Below are positions 23,260 to 35,700 of a stretch of 64,000 nt of DNA, piece by piece. Below the pieces are notes generated by a model. It searched no databases. It worked only from the letters and a program-made list of their open reading frames with translations, and was not told the origin of the DNA. Made by a program: the position numbers and the translations under genes. Source of the stretch: Ranitomeya imitator (Eukaryota); contig NC_091282.1 of NCBI RefSeq assembly GCF_032444005.1, forward strand, positions 2,728,001 to 2,792,000, written 5' to 3'. Every line of letters starts with the position of its first letter. The first letter of the stretch is position 1.

Positions 23260-25600
23260 CCTCACGTGTACAGGGTGGTCGGGGAGAGGACTGTTGGTGT
23301 AGATGGAGCTTGTTACGAGGGGGCTGCACACATTGACGCTTTTCCTCACATGTACAGGGTGGTCGGGGAGAGGACTGTTGGTGTAGATGGAGCTTGTTAC
23401 GAGGGGGCTGCACACATTGACGGTTTTCCTCATGTGTACAGGGTGGTTGGGGAGAGGACTGTTGGTGTAGATGGAGCTTGTTACGAGGGGCTGGACATAT
23501 TGACGGTTTTCCTCATGTGTACAGGGTGGTTGGGGAGAGGACTGTTGGTGTAGAAGGAGCTTGTTACGAGGGGGCTGCACACATTGACGCTTTTCCTCAC
23601 ATGTACAGGGTGGTTGGGGAGAGGACTGTTGGTGTAGATGGAGCTTGTTACGAGGGGGCTGCACACATTGACGCTTTTCCTCACATGTACAGGGTGGTTG
23701 GGGAGAGGACTGTTGGTGTAGATGGAGCTTGCTACGAGGGGGTCCTCACGTGTACAGGGTGGTTGGGGAGAGGGCTGTTGGTGTAGATGGAGTTTGTTAC
23801 GAGGGGGCTGGACACGTTGACTGTTTTCCTCACATGTACAGGGTGGTTGGGGAGAGGACTGTTGGTGTAGATGGAGCTTGCTACGAGGGGGTCCTCATGT
23901 GTACAGGGTGGTTGGGGAGAGGACTGTTGGTGTAGAAGGAGCTTGTTACGAGGGGGCTGCACACATTGACGCTTTTCCTCACATGTACAGGGTGGTTGGG
24001 GAGAGGACTGTTGGTGTAGATGGAGCTTGTTACGAGGGGGCTGCACACATTGACGCTTTTCCTCACATGTACAGGGTGGTTGGGGAGAGGACTGTTGGTG
24101 TAGATGGAGCTTGCTACGAGGGGGTCCTCACGTGTACAGGGTGGTTGGGGAGAGGGCTGTTGGTGTAGATGGAGTTTGTTACGAGGGGGCTGGACACGTT
24201 GACTGTTTTCCTCACATGTACAGGGTGGTTGGGGAGAGGACTGTTGGTGTAGATGGAGCTTGCTACGAGGGGGTCCTCACGTGTACAGGGTGGTTGGGGA
24301 GAGGGCTGTTGGTGTAGATGGAGTTTGTTACGAGGGGGCTGGACACATTGACTGTTTTCCTCACATGTACAGGGTGGTTGGGGAGAGGACTGTTGGTGTA
24401 GATGGAGCTTGTTACGAGGGGCTGGACATATTGACGGTTTTCCTCACGTGTACAGGGTGGTTGGGGAGAGGACTGTTGGTGTAGATGGAGTTTGTTACGA
24501 GGGGGCTGGACACATTGATGGTTTTCCTCACGTGTACAGGGTGGTTGGGGAGAGGACTGTTGGTGTAGATGGAGTTTGTTACGAGGGGGCTGGACACATT
24601 GACTGTTTTCCTCACATGTACAGGGTGGTTGGGGAGAGGACTGTTGGTGTAGATGGAGCTTGTTACGAGGGGGCTGGACACATTGATGGTTTTCCTCACG
24701 TGTACAGGGTGGTTGGGGAGAGGACTGTTGGTGTAGATGGAGTTTGTTACGAGGGGGCTGGACACATTGACTGTTTTCCTCACATGTACAGGGTGGTTGG
24801 GGAGAGGACTGTTGGTGTAGATGGAGCTTGTTACGAGGGGCTGGACATATTGACGGTTTTCCTCACGTGTACAGGGTGGTTGGGGAGAGGACTGTTGGTG
24901 TAGATGGAGTTTGTTACGAGGGGGCTGGACACATTGATGGTTTTCCTCACGTGTACAGGGTGGTTGGGGAGAGGACTGTTGGTGTAGATGGAGTTTGTTA
25001 CGAGGGGCTGGACACGTTGACTGTTTTCCTCACATGTACAGGGTGGTTGGGGAGAGGACTGTTGGTGTAGATGGAGCTTGCTACGAGGGGGTCCTCACGT
25101 GTACAGGGTGGTTGGGGAGAGGACTGTTGGTGTAGATGGAGTTTGTTACGAGGGGGCTGGACACATTGACGGTTTTCCTCACGTGTACAGGGTGGTTGGG
25201 GAGAGGACTGTTGGTGTAGATGGAGCTTGTTACGAGGGGGCTGGTCACATTGACGGTTTTCCTCACGTGTACTGCTTGGTTGGGGAGAGGGCTGTTGGTG
25301 TAGATGGAGCTTGTTACGAGGGGCTGGACACATTGACGGTTTTCCTCACGTGTACAGGGTGGTTGGGGAGAGGACTGTTGGGGTAGATGGAGCTTGTTAC
25401 GAGGGGCTGGACACATTGACGGTTTTCCTCACGTGTACAGGGTGGTCGGGGAGAGGACTGTTGGTGTAGATGGAGCTTGTTACGAGGGGCTGGACACATT
25501 GACGGTTTTCCTCACGTGTACAGGGTGGTTGGGGAGAGGACTGTTGGGGTAGATGGAGCTTGTTACGAGGGGGCTGCACACATTGACGGTTTTCCTCACC
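23260..25600. repeat. Satellite of 84/83-bp and 65-bp monomers with a 382-bp higher-order block, about 29 units
   Basis: The monomer begins CCTCAC(A/G)TGTACAGGGTGGTTGGGGAGAGG. Near-identical blocks at 23729 and 24111 give 382 = 65+84+65+84+84. Confidence 0.92.
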
Positions 25601-26382
25601 TGTATTTCTGACGAGTCCATGTATTTATAGGGGAAGATCAGAGAACGCATCCATCGCATGACCGGCCTAATGGAGAACCTGCAGACTGCTCCCCTCCAAG
25701 AGTGAGCGCGGTCTTCTCTACTCCACATCTTCTGTAATCTCCAGACACTGGCACATGTGTTTGTAATGTCTATCTAATCACAATCCACCAGGGATCCAGC
25801 TACTCCACCTCCTGGTGTCTCTTTTCATCTTTTTCCATCTTTTCCACTTTAGTCTGTTCCCAGTGTCTCTGATCACATCTAAAGTGCGTTGAAAAAGTCT
25901 TCATGCCCCGTAAACTTTTCCACATTTTTTTCACATTACAGCCACAAACTTAAATGTATTTTATGTGATTCCAACACAAAGTATTTGAGACGTGTAAAGG
26001 AAATGTTCCGAGGTTTTCTAATTATTGTAAAAATATAAATCTGAATATTGTGCCGTGCGTTTATATTCAGCTGCCTGTAGTCTGATCCCCCCTACCCACA
26101 TAAAATCCTGAGTGACCAATCGTCTCCTGACGTCACATAATTAGAAGATTGAGTCCACCTGTACAATTTCTTCTCAGTATAACTACAGCTGTTCTGTGAA
26201 GATCTCAAAGGTTTGTGTGACAACATTAAAGATCAGACTACATCATGGAAGCCAATGAACCCATCAGACAGGTCAGGGATAAAGTTGTGGAAAAGAGTAA
26301 AGCAGGGTAGGTTATAAAATATAGCTTAATCTTTGAACATCTCATGGCACAACTGCAAACGTACCAAGACATGGCCGTACAC

Positions 26383-27084
26383 TTTAGGCAAAAAACTGAT
26401 GAGTTTCCCTTTATCAATTAAAAATATCATGTAATAGAGTGTGTGCTATACATTCCCCAACTACTTGGGAAACCCCCCGACTCCCCATGAATCCCCCATA
26501 AGAACCTTTTTATATTGCTTTCGCGCTGTATGGAAATATCCTCGGTCCGGTCCGATGGGCGTTGGTTCTGGCCCCTCTCCCACCCTGAATCGTCGTGCTG
26601 TGCGCATTCCATTTTGTGAATAGCGTTGTTCGCGTACAGGCCTCCTGCGCAGTATGCTTTGCCCAACTGCGGGCAAAACCAAAAAGCACTAGTGCGCATG
26701 CATGGGTAAACTACGTCCCGGAACACAGCGAAAGACTTCCGGGACGTAGTTTACCGGTGCATGCGCACTAATGCTTTTCGGCTCACTGCGCATGTGCAGA
26801 AGGCAATTTGAAGGCACACGCGCGGGCCTGTACGCGAACAACGCTATTCACACAACGGAATGCGTACAGCACGCCGATTTGGGGTGGGGAGAGGGGCCAG
26901 AACCAACGCCCATCGGACCGGACTGAGGATATTTCCATACAGTGCGGGAGCAATATAAAAGGTTCTTATGGGGGATTCATGGGGAGTCGGGGGTTTTACA
27001 AGTAGTTGGGGAATGTATAGCTCACACTCTATTAGATGATATTTTTAGTTGATAGGCAAAAAACTGGTGACAGCTTCTCTTTAA
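26383..27084. mobile_element. T2/Kolobok-type foldback MITE with a TTAA target
   Basis: A ~340-bp-arm palindrome centred near 26730. The right end is CTGGTGACAGCTTCTCTTTAA; the left terminus is locally inverted. Confidence 0.85.
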
Positions 27085-27145
27085 CGGAGATCCCAAGCAA
27101 GGAGAAGATTAAGTAGACAAGCAGTCACGAGGCCCATGGTCACTG

Positions 27146-27560
27146 GCACTGTATGTGAAGGGAGATGAGGGTCACGGAGATTGCTTTCCTCCGTAATCTG
27201 GAAACCCATACGTTTCTTTTCAGCATGCTATGTGCTGAAGGAGTTAAGCGGCCGTGTTATGGGCGGCTTTTTAGGTAAGAGATGGGTGGGATGTCCACTC
27301 GCCATATCTCTACCTCAAGGGTGTGGCTGGGGAAATAAATGTCCAGACAGTTTTTTCCTCTGTGTGTGGAGGTGGGAAGCCTCCTGACTGCTAGCTCCTA
27401 CCAGAGCTGCCATATGTGTTGTCCCAGAGGAGCCGGGCAGGACGGTGTATGAACCTTTTTATTTTCATTATTGTTTTTTTTTGTTACCAGTCTGGGTTGT
27501 TGGTTTATGATGCAATAAACCACCCAGAAACTTTAACCCCACATGTGCCTGTGTCTACCA
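27146..27560 (+). mobile_element. LTR-like insert (continues 31901-31922 after CR1 copy 2)
   Basis: It begins ...TGTGAAGGGAG, has AATAAA at ~27514, and is not Tc1-like. It is bounded by a 14-bp direct repeat of Tc1 sequence. Confidence 0.45.
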
Positions 27561-27915
27561 GGGATTCAAGCTTCAGGAGGCTAATTTGCATATTCCAGGT
27601 GCCTTCTGGGAGAAGCGAAGTCTCCCTAAGCTAGAAGATCGTTGGGTACAGCCGGGACCAGCTGCTTCGAAAGCATCACCAAACCAGGGATTCAAGCTTC
27701 AGGAGGCTAATTTGCATATTCCAGGTGCCTTCTGGGAGAAGCGAAGTCTCCCTAAGCTAGAAGATCGTTGGGTACAGCCGGGACCAGCTGCTTCGAAAGC
27801 ATCACCAAACCGCGCGCCGAATTTTTGCCTGTAGGACATTATTGCAAGAGAGCTTGGCTGAGTAGATTACACAAGAAGGAAAACACACAGCAAGTCAGCA
27901 GGATCTAGGAGCAAC

Positions 27916-28869
27916 ATGGCAGATGTGACAACCTACATGGTGAGCTGCAGCATGTGCTACATGTTCACAGATCGACCAGAAGAAGAATCCAATTTCACCT
28001 GTCAGAAGTGTAGACTAGTGGCCCTTTTAGAAGAAAAGGTGCGGGGTCTGGAAGAAAGAATAGCAACTTTGAAACTCATCAAAGAGAATGAAGACTTTCT
28101 AGACAGAACAGAAGCATCTCTACTGGTCACAGAAGGTGCAAAAAGTGTCAGAGAACCTCCAAAAGCAGATGAGTGGAAGCATGTGACCAAAAGAAGCAAG
28201 AAGACCATGGAGAAATCACCAACCACACAACTGAAGAACCGATATCAAATCTTTGTAGAGGATGAAGATGGCACACCTAAGAATGAAGCAATACCAGCAA
28301 GCAAAAAAGAAAAGGGCACACAGCAACAAGTGACAGCAAAAAGTACAGCCAAGAAGCAACGAAGAGTGGTGGTGGTGGGAGACTCACTACTGAGAGGCAC
28401 AGAAGCAGCCATCTGCAGACCGGACATAACTGCAAGAGAAGTATGCTGCCTTCCAGGTGCGATGATCAAGGATGTGACCGATAGGATACCAAAGCTCTTC
28501 AGCTCCAAGGACGTCCACCCATTTCTTCTGATACATGTTGGCACCAATGACACGGCAAGGAAGGACCTACCGACAATCTGCAAGGACTTTGAAGAGTTGG
28601 GGAAGAAAGTAAAGGAACTGGATGCACAGGTAGTTTTTTCTTCTATCCTTCCAGTAGACGGGCATGGCACCAGGAGATGGAACAGGATCCTTGATGCAAA
28701 CAACTGGCTAAGACGATGGTGCAGACAACAAGGATTTGGATTCCTGGACCACGGTGTGAATTACTGGTATGATGGACTCCTCGCCAGAGACGGACTACAC
28801 CTCAACAAACGTGGGAAACACACATTCGCCAGAAGACTCGCTACACTCATCAGGAGGGCGTTAAACTAG
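27916..28869 (+). CDS. CR1 copy 2 ORF1p (zinc finger, coiled coil, SGNH esterase), 317 aa
   Basis: Same motifs as copy 1 (GDSL, GTND, DGLH). Confidence 0.92.
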   Translation: MADVTTYMVSCSMCYMFTDRPEEESNFTCQKCRLVALLEEKVRGLEERIATLKLIKENEDFLDRTEASLLVTEGAKSVREPPKADEWKHVTKRSKKTMEKSPTTQLKNRYQIFVEDEDGTPKNEAIPASKKEKGTQQQVTAKSTAKKQRRVVVVGDSLLRGTEAAICRPDITAREVCCLPGAMIKDVTDRIPKLFSSKDVHPFLLIHVGTNDTARKDLPTICKDFEELGKKVKELDAQVVFSSILPVDGHGTRRWNRILDANNWLRRWCRQQGFGFLDHGVNYWYDGLLARDGLHLNKRGKHTFARRLATLIRRALN

Positions 28870-29006
28870 AAGAAGAGGGGACGGGAAGAAAAACATTAGA
28901 CTCGAACAAAGACGACCCAGGAAAACATACTCAGAAGGGAGGTAAGAACATTTCTAAAACAATCCACAGTGAGGAGATTGGAACAAAACAAAATCCTCTA
29001 AACTGC

Positions 29007-31786
29007 ATGCTCGCAAACGCCAGAAGCCTGACAAACAAGATGGAAGAACTAGAAGCAGAAATATCTACAGGTAACTTTGACATAGTGGGAATAACCGAGA
29101 CATGGTTAGATGAAAGCTATGACTGGGCAGTTAACTTACAGGGTTACAGTCTGTTTAGAAAGGATCGTAAAAATCGGAGAGGAGGAGGGGTTTGTCTCTA
29201 TGTAAAGTCTTGTCTAAAGTCCACTTTAAGGGAGGATATTAGCGAAGGGAATGAGGATGTCGAGTCCATATGGGTTGAAATTCATGGAGGGAAAAATGGT
29301 AACAAAATTCTCATTGGGGTCTGTTACAAACCCCAAAATATAACAGAAACCATGGAAAGTCTACTTCTAAAGCAGATAGATGAAGCTGCAACCCATAATG
29401 AGGTCCTGGTTATGGGGGACTTTAACTACCCGGATATTAACTGGGAAACAGAAACCTGTGAAACCCATTAAGGCAACAGGTTTCTGCTAATAACCAAGAA
29501 AAATTATCTTTCACAATTGGTGCAGAATCCAACCAGAGGAGCAGCACTTTTAGACCTAATACTATCTAATAGACCTGACAGAATAACAAATCTGCAGGTG
29601 GTCGGGCATTTAGGAAATAGCGACCACAATATTGTGCAGTTTCACCTGTCTTTCACTAGGGGGACTTGTCAGGGAGTCACAAAAACATTGAACTTTAGGA
29701 AGGCAAAGTTTGAACAGCTTAGAGATGCCCTTAATCTGGTAGACTGGGACAATATCCTCAGAAATGAGAATACAGATAATAAATGGGAAATGTTTAAGAA
29801 CATCCTAAATAGGCAGTGTAAGCGGTTTATACCTTGTGGGAATAAAAGGACTAGAAATAGGAAAAACCCAATGTGGCTAAACAAAGAAGTAAGACAGGCA
29901 ATTAACAGTAAAAAGAAAGCATTTGCACTACTAAAGCAGGATGGCACCATTGAAGCTCTAAAAAACTATAGGGAGAAAAATACTTTATCTAAAAAACTAA
30001 TTAAAGCTGCCAAAAAGGAAACAGAGAAGCACATTGCTAAGGAGAGTAAAACTAATCCCAAACTGTTCTTCAACTATATCAATAGTAAAAGAATAAAAAC
30101 TGAAAATGTAGGCCCCTTAAAAAATAGTGAGGAAAGAATGGTTGTAGATGACGAGGAAAAAGCTAACATATTAAACACCTTCTTCTCCACGGTATTCACG
30201 GTGGAAAATGAAATGCTAGGTGAAATCCCAAGAAACAATGAAAACCCTATATTAAGAGTCACCAATCTAACCCAAGAAGAGGTGCGAAACCGGCTAAATA
30301 AGATTAAAATAGATAAATCTCCGGGTCCGGATGGCATACACCCACGAGTACTAAGAGAACTAAGTAATGTAATAGATAAACCATTATTTCTTATTTTTAG
30401 GGACTCTATAGCGACAGGGTCTGTTCCGCAGGACTGGCGCATAGCAAATGTGGTGCCAATATTCAAAAAGGGCTCTAAAAGTGAACCTGGAAATTATAGG
30501 CCAGTAAGTCTAACCTCTATTGTTGGTAAAATATTTGAAGGGTTTCTGAGGGATGTTATTCTGGATTATCTCAATGAGAATAACTGTTTAACTCCATATC
30601 AGCATGGGTTTATGAGAAATCGCTCCTGTCAAACCAATCTAATCAGTTTTTATGAAGAGGTAAGCTATAGACTGGACCACGGTGAGTCACTGGACGTGGT
30701 ATATCTCGATTTTTCCAAAGCGTTTGATACCGTGCCGCACAAGAGGTTGGTACACAAAATGAGAATGCTTGGTCTGGGGGAAAATGTGTGTAAATGGGTT
30801 AGTAACTGGCTTAGTGATAGAAAGCAGAGGGTGGTTATAAATGGTATAGTCTCTAACTGGGTCGCTGTGACCAGTGGGTACCGCAGGGGTCAGTATTGGG
30901 ACCTGTTCTCTTCAACATATTCATTAATGATCTGGTAGAAGGTTTACACAGTAAAATATCGATATTTGCAGATGATACAAAACTATGTAAAGCAGTTAAT
31001 ACAAGAGAAGATAGTATTCTGCTACAGATGGATCTGGATAAGTTGGAAACTTGGGCTGAAAGGTGGCAGATGAGGTTTAACAATGATAAATGTAAGGTTA
31101 TACACATGGGAAGAAGGAATCAATATCACCATTACACACTGAACGGGAAACCACTGGGTAAATCTGACAGGGAGAAGGACTTGGGGATCCTAGTTAATGA
31201 TAAACTTACCTGGAGCAGCCAGTGCCAGGCAGCAGCTGCCAAGGCAAACAGGATCATGGGGTGCATTAAAAGAGGTCTGGATACACATGATGAGAGCATT
31301 ATACTGCCTCTGTACAAATCCCTAGTTAGACCGCACATGGAGTACTGTGTCCAGTTTTGGGCACCGGTGCTCAGGAAGGATATAATGGAACTAGAGAGAG
31401 TACAAAGGAGGGCAACAAAATTAATAAAGGGGATGGGAGAACTACAATACCCAGATAGATTAGCGAAATTAGGATTATTTAGTCTAGAAAAAAGACGACT
31501 GAGGGGCGATCTAATAACCATGTATAAGTATATAAGGGGACAATACAAATATCTCGCTGAGGATCTGTTTATACCAAGGAAGGTGACGGGCACAAGGGGG
31601 CATTCTTTGCGTCTGGAGGAGAGAAGGTTTTTCCACCAACATAGAAGAGGATTCTTTACTGTTAGGGCAGTGAGAATCTGGAATTGCTTGCCTGAGGAGG
31701 TGGTGATGGCGAACTCAGTCGAGGGGTTCAAGAGAGGCCTGGATGTCCTCCTGGAGCAGAACAATATTGTATCATACAATTATTAG
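29007..31786 (+). pseudogene. CR1 copy 2 ORF2 with a nonsense codon (~29469) and a 1-bp deletion (~30875)
   Basis: Split into ORFs 29007-29471, 29517-30938 and 30896-31786; otherwise collinear with the intact copy 3. Confidence 0.92.
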
Positions 31787-32799
31787 GTTCTGTAGAAGGA
31801 CGTAGATCTGGGGATTTATTATGATGGAATATAGGCTGAACTGGATGGACAAATGTCTTTTTTCGGCCTTACTAACTATGTTACTATGTTACTATGTTAC
31901 CTTGAGGAGCAGCCAAGTGAGCGCCCATGGTCACTGTGGAGGAGCTGCAGATATCCACCGCTCAGGGAGAGAATCTTTCCCCAGACAGCTACTATTCGTG
32001 TACTTCACACACCTGGCCCTTATGGGCTAATGGTGAAAAGTAGCCATTTTCGAAGTTCCCATTTGCAGTTTGCAAAAAGCCATGTAGGGGACACAACATG
32101 CACGTGGAAGAAGTTTCTCTGTCCAGATGAGACCAAAGAAGAACTTTTTGGGCTAAATGTAAAAGGCTCTATGTGGCAGCAGAGAGGTAACTCTGCACAT
32201 CACCCTGAAAACAATGTGCCCCAATATCACAGTGGTGGTTAGCATCATGTGGCAGTGAGGGGCAGGGAAGATGGATGGAGCTAAATACAGGACCATCCTG
32301 GGGGAAAACCTGTTGGAGGCTGCAAAAGACTTCAGACTGGGACGTAGGGTCACCTTCCAGCAGGACAACGACCCTAAACATCCTGCCAGACCTACAATGA
32401 AGGGTTTGGATCAGAGCATATTCATGTATGTGAACGGCCCAGTCACAGTCCAGACCTAAATCCCGCAGACGTCTCCATCCAATCTCACTAAGCGGGTGTG
32501 CAAAATGTCACCTTTAGATCTGCAAAGCTGGGCGAGACGGAGCCCAAAAGACTGCAGCAGTAACTGCAACAAAAGATGTCCCTACAAAGTACTGACTCGT
32601 GGGATGAACACTAATGGACCTCACAATGTTCAGATTTAGATTTGTAAAATAATTAGAATTATCATTTCCTTTACACGTCACAAACACTTGTTACTTTGTG
32701 TTCTAGCAAATAAAATCCAAATAAAATACATTTAAACTTGGGTGTAAAATGGAAAAACGTGGAAAAGTTCACTGGGTATAAAGACTTTTTCAAGGCCCC

Positions 32800-35700
32800 A
32801 TATTTCCATCTCCTCAGTGCCCAGTGTCTGCGTCTTCTCAATCATTTTCTGTTGATTCCTCTCATCTCTTTCCATCTCCTCTGTCACTTCTCGATGTTTT
32901 GCCTCTCCTCCCTGTCATTTCCTATGCTTGCATTTCCTCTCTCTCCATCTTAATGACTTCTCGGTGTTTTGCCTCTTCTCACTCTCTGCCTTCTTCTCAC
33001 TCACTTCTCGGTATGTTGCCTATCCTCTCTGTCTTCTTCTCAGTCACTTCCCAGTGTTTTGCCTCTCCTTTCTCGCAGTCTTCTGTCACTTCCCGGTGTT
33101 TCTAATCTTTCTCTTCCCGTCTACTCCTCAGTCAATTCCCGGTGTTTTACCATTCCTTTCACCATCTCCTTAGTCACTTCCTGGTTTTTCGCTTCGCCTT
33201 TATTTGTCTTCTCAGTCACTTCCTGGTGTTTCTCCTCTTTCTATTAATGATAAACTTACCTGGAGCAGCCAGTGCCAGGCAGCAGCTGCCAAGGCAAACA
33301 GGATCATGGGGTGCATTAAGAGGTCTGGATACACATGATGAGAGCATTATACTGCCTCTGTACAAATCCCTAGTTAGACCGCACATGGAGTACTATGTCC
33401 AGTTTTTGGCACCGGTGCTCAGGAAGGATATAATGGTACTAGAGAGAGTACAAAGGAGGGCAACAAAATTAATAAAGGGGATGGGAGAACTACAATACCC
33501 AGCTAGATTAGCAAAATTAGGATTATTTAGTCTAGAAAAAAGACGACTGAGGGGCGATCTAATAACCATGTATAAGTATATAAGGGGACAATACAAATAT
33601 CTCGCTGAGGATCTGTTTATACCAAGGAAGGTGACGGGCACAAGGGGGCATTCTTTGCGTCTGGAGAAGAGAAGGTTTTTCCACCAACATAGAAGAGGAT
33701 TCTTTACTGTTAGGGCAGTGAGAATCTGGAATTCCTTGCCTGAGGAGGTGGTGATGGCGAACTCAGTCGAGGGGTTCAAGAGAGGCATGGATGTCTTCCT
33801 GGAGCACAACAATATTGTATCATACAATTATTAGGTTCTGTAGAAGGACGAAGATCTGGGGATTTATTATGATGGAATATAGGCTGAACTGGATGGACAA
33901 ATGGCTTTTTTCGGCCTTACTAACTATGTTACTATGTATTCCCGTCTTCTCCTCATTCGCTTCCGTTGTTTCTCCTCTCATTCGTCCCTTCTTCTCCTCA
34001 GTCAGTTTGCGCTTTTCGCTTTTGCTCTCTCTCCATCTTCTCAATCAGTTCCCGGTATTTCTCCTCTTTCTCTTCCTGTCTCCTTAGTCACTTCCCACTG
34101 TTTCACCTTTCATCTCCGTATTCTCAGTTACTTCCCATTGTTTCGCATTTCCTCTCTCCCCGTCTTCTCAGTCACTTCCCAGGGTTTCTCCCCTCTCTCT
34201 GTCTTCTCAGTTACTTCTTGGTGTTTTGCCTATCCTCTCTGTCTTCTTCTCAGTCACTTCCCAGTGTTTTGCCTCTCCTTTCTCACAGTCTTCTGTCACT
34301 TCCCGGTGTTTCTAATCTTTCTCTTCCCGTCTACTCCTCAATCAATACCCGGTGTTTTGCCTATCCTCTCTGTCTTCTCCTCAGTCACTTCCCGGTCTTT
34401 TGCCTCTCCTTTCTCACAGTCTTCTGTCACTTCCCACTGTTTCTAATCTTTCTCTTCCCGTCTACTCCTCAGTCAATTCCCAGTGTTTTACCGTTCCTTT
34501 CACCATCTTCTCCTTAGTCACTTCCTGGTGTTTCGCCTCTCCTCTCTCCCCGTCTTCTCAGTCATTTCCCGGTGTTTTGTGTTTCCTTTCACCATTTCCT
34601 CCTCAGTCACTTCCCAGTGTTTCGCTTCTTCTTTCTCACAGTCTTCTCAGTCACTTTCCAGTGTTTCTCCTCTCTCTCTTCCCTTCTTCTCAGTCACTTC
34701 CGTTGTTTTTCCCCTCTCTCTTCTCATTTACTCCTCAGTCACTTCCCTGTGTTTAGCCTCTCCTTTGTTTTTCTTCTCAGTCACTACTTCCCGGTGTTTT
34801 GCCTCTCCTTTCTCACAGTCTTTCAGTCACTTCCTGGTGTTTATCCTCTTTGTCTTCCCATCTTCTCTTCAGTCACTTCCCACTGTTTCTCCTCTCTCTC
34901 TTCCTTTCTTCTCCTCAGTCACTTCATCATGTTTCGCCTCTCCTCTCTCCATCTTTCCTTTCAACATCGTCTCAGTCACTTTCTGGTGTTTCGCCTCTCT
35001 TTTCTCACAGTCTACTTAGTCACTTCCCGTTGTTTCGCCTCTCCTCTCTCCATCTTTGCTTTCACCATCGTCTCAGTCGCTTCCTGGTGTTTCGCCTCTC
35101 TTTTCTCACAGTCTTCTTAGTCACTTCCCGGTGTTTCTCATCTTTCTCTTCCCATCTTCTCCTCAATCACTTCCCGTTGTTTCTCCTCTCTCTTCCAGTC
35201 TTCTCAGTCACTTCCCAGTATTTTGCCTTTCCTTTCTCACAGTCTTCACTGTTACTTCCCGTTGTTTCTCCTCTCTCTCTTCCTGTCTCCTCCTCAGTCA
35301 CTTCCCAATGTTTTGTCTTTTCTTTCACCATCTAATCCTCTGATGCTTCCCAGTGTTTTGCCTCTCCTCAGTCACTTCCCGGTGTTTTGCTTCTCCTTTC
35401 TCACAGTCTTTACATTCAGTTACCGATGTTTCTCCTCTTTCTCTTGCCATCTCCTGCTCCGTCACTTCCCAGTGTTCCACCTCACCTTTCTCTGTATTCT
35501 TAGTTACTTCCCCGGTTTTCACATTTCCTCTCTCTGTCTCCTCCTCAGTCACTTCCCTGTGTTTCCCTTTCTTCTCTCATCGTTTTCTCACTCACTTGCC
35601 GCTGTGTTTTTGCTCTCCTCAGTAACTTCCCGGTTTTTCGCTTCTCCTTTCTCACAGTGTTTGCAGGCACTTACCGATGTTTATCCTCTTTCTCTTACCA

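Larger units (their letters stand above)
27561..31900 (+). mobile_element. Full-length CR1 LINE, copy 2 (two 126-bp monomers)
   Basis: Monomers start at 27561 and 27687. ORF1 is intact, ORF2 is broken, and the tail is (TATGTTAC)3. Flanked by TACC on both sides. Confidence 0.95.
25881..32800 (+). mobile_element. Degenerate Tc1 transposon B, interrupted by a MITE, an LTR-like piece and CR1 copy 2
   Basis: TIRs are GTGCGTTGAAAAAGTCTTCATGCCCC...AACTTTTCCAC and GTGGAAAAGTTCACTGGGTATAAAGACTTTTTCAAGGCCC. Transposase remnants LCPDETK and TFQQDNDPKH lie at 32100-32400. Confidence 0.82.
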
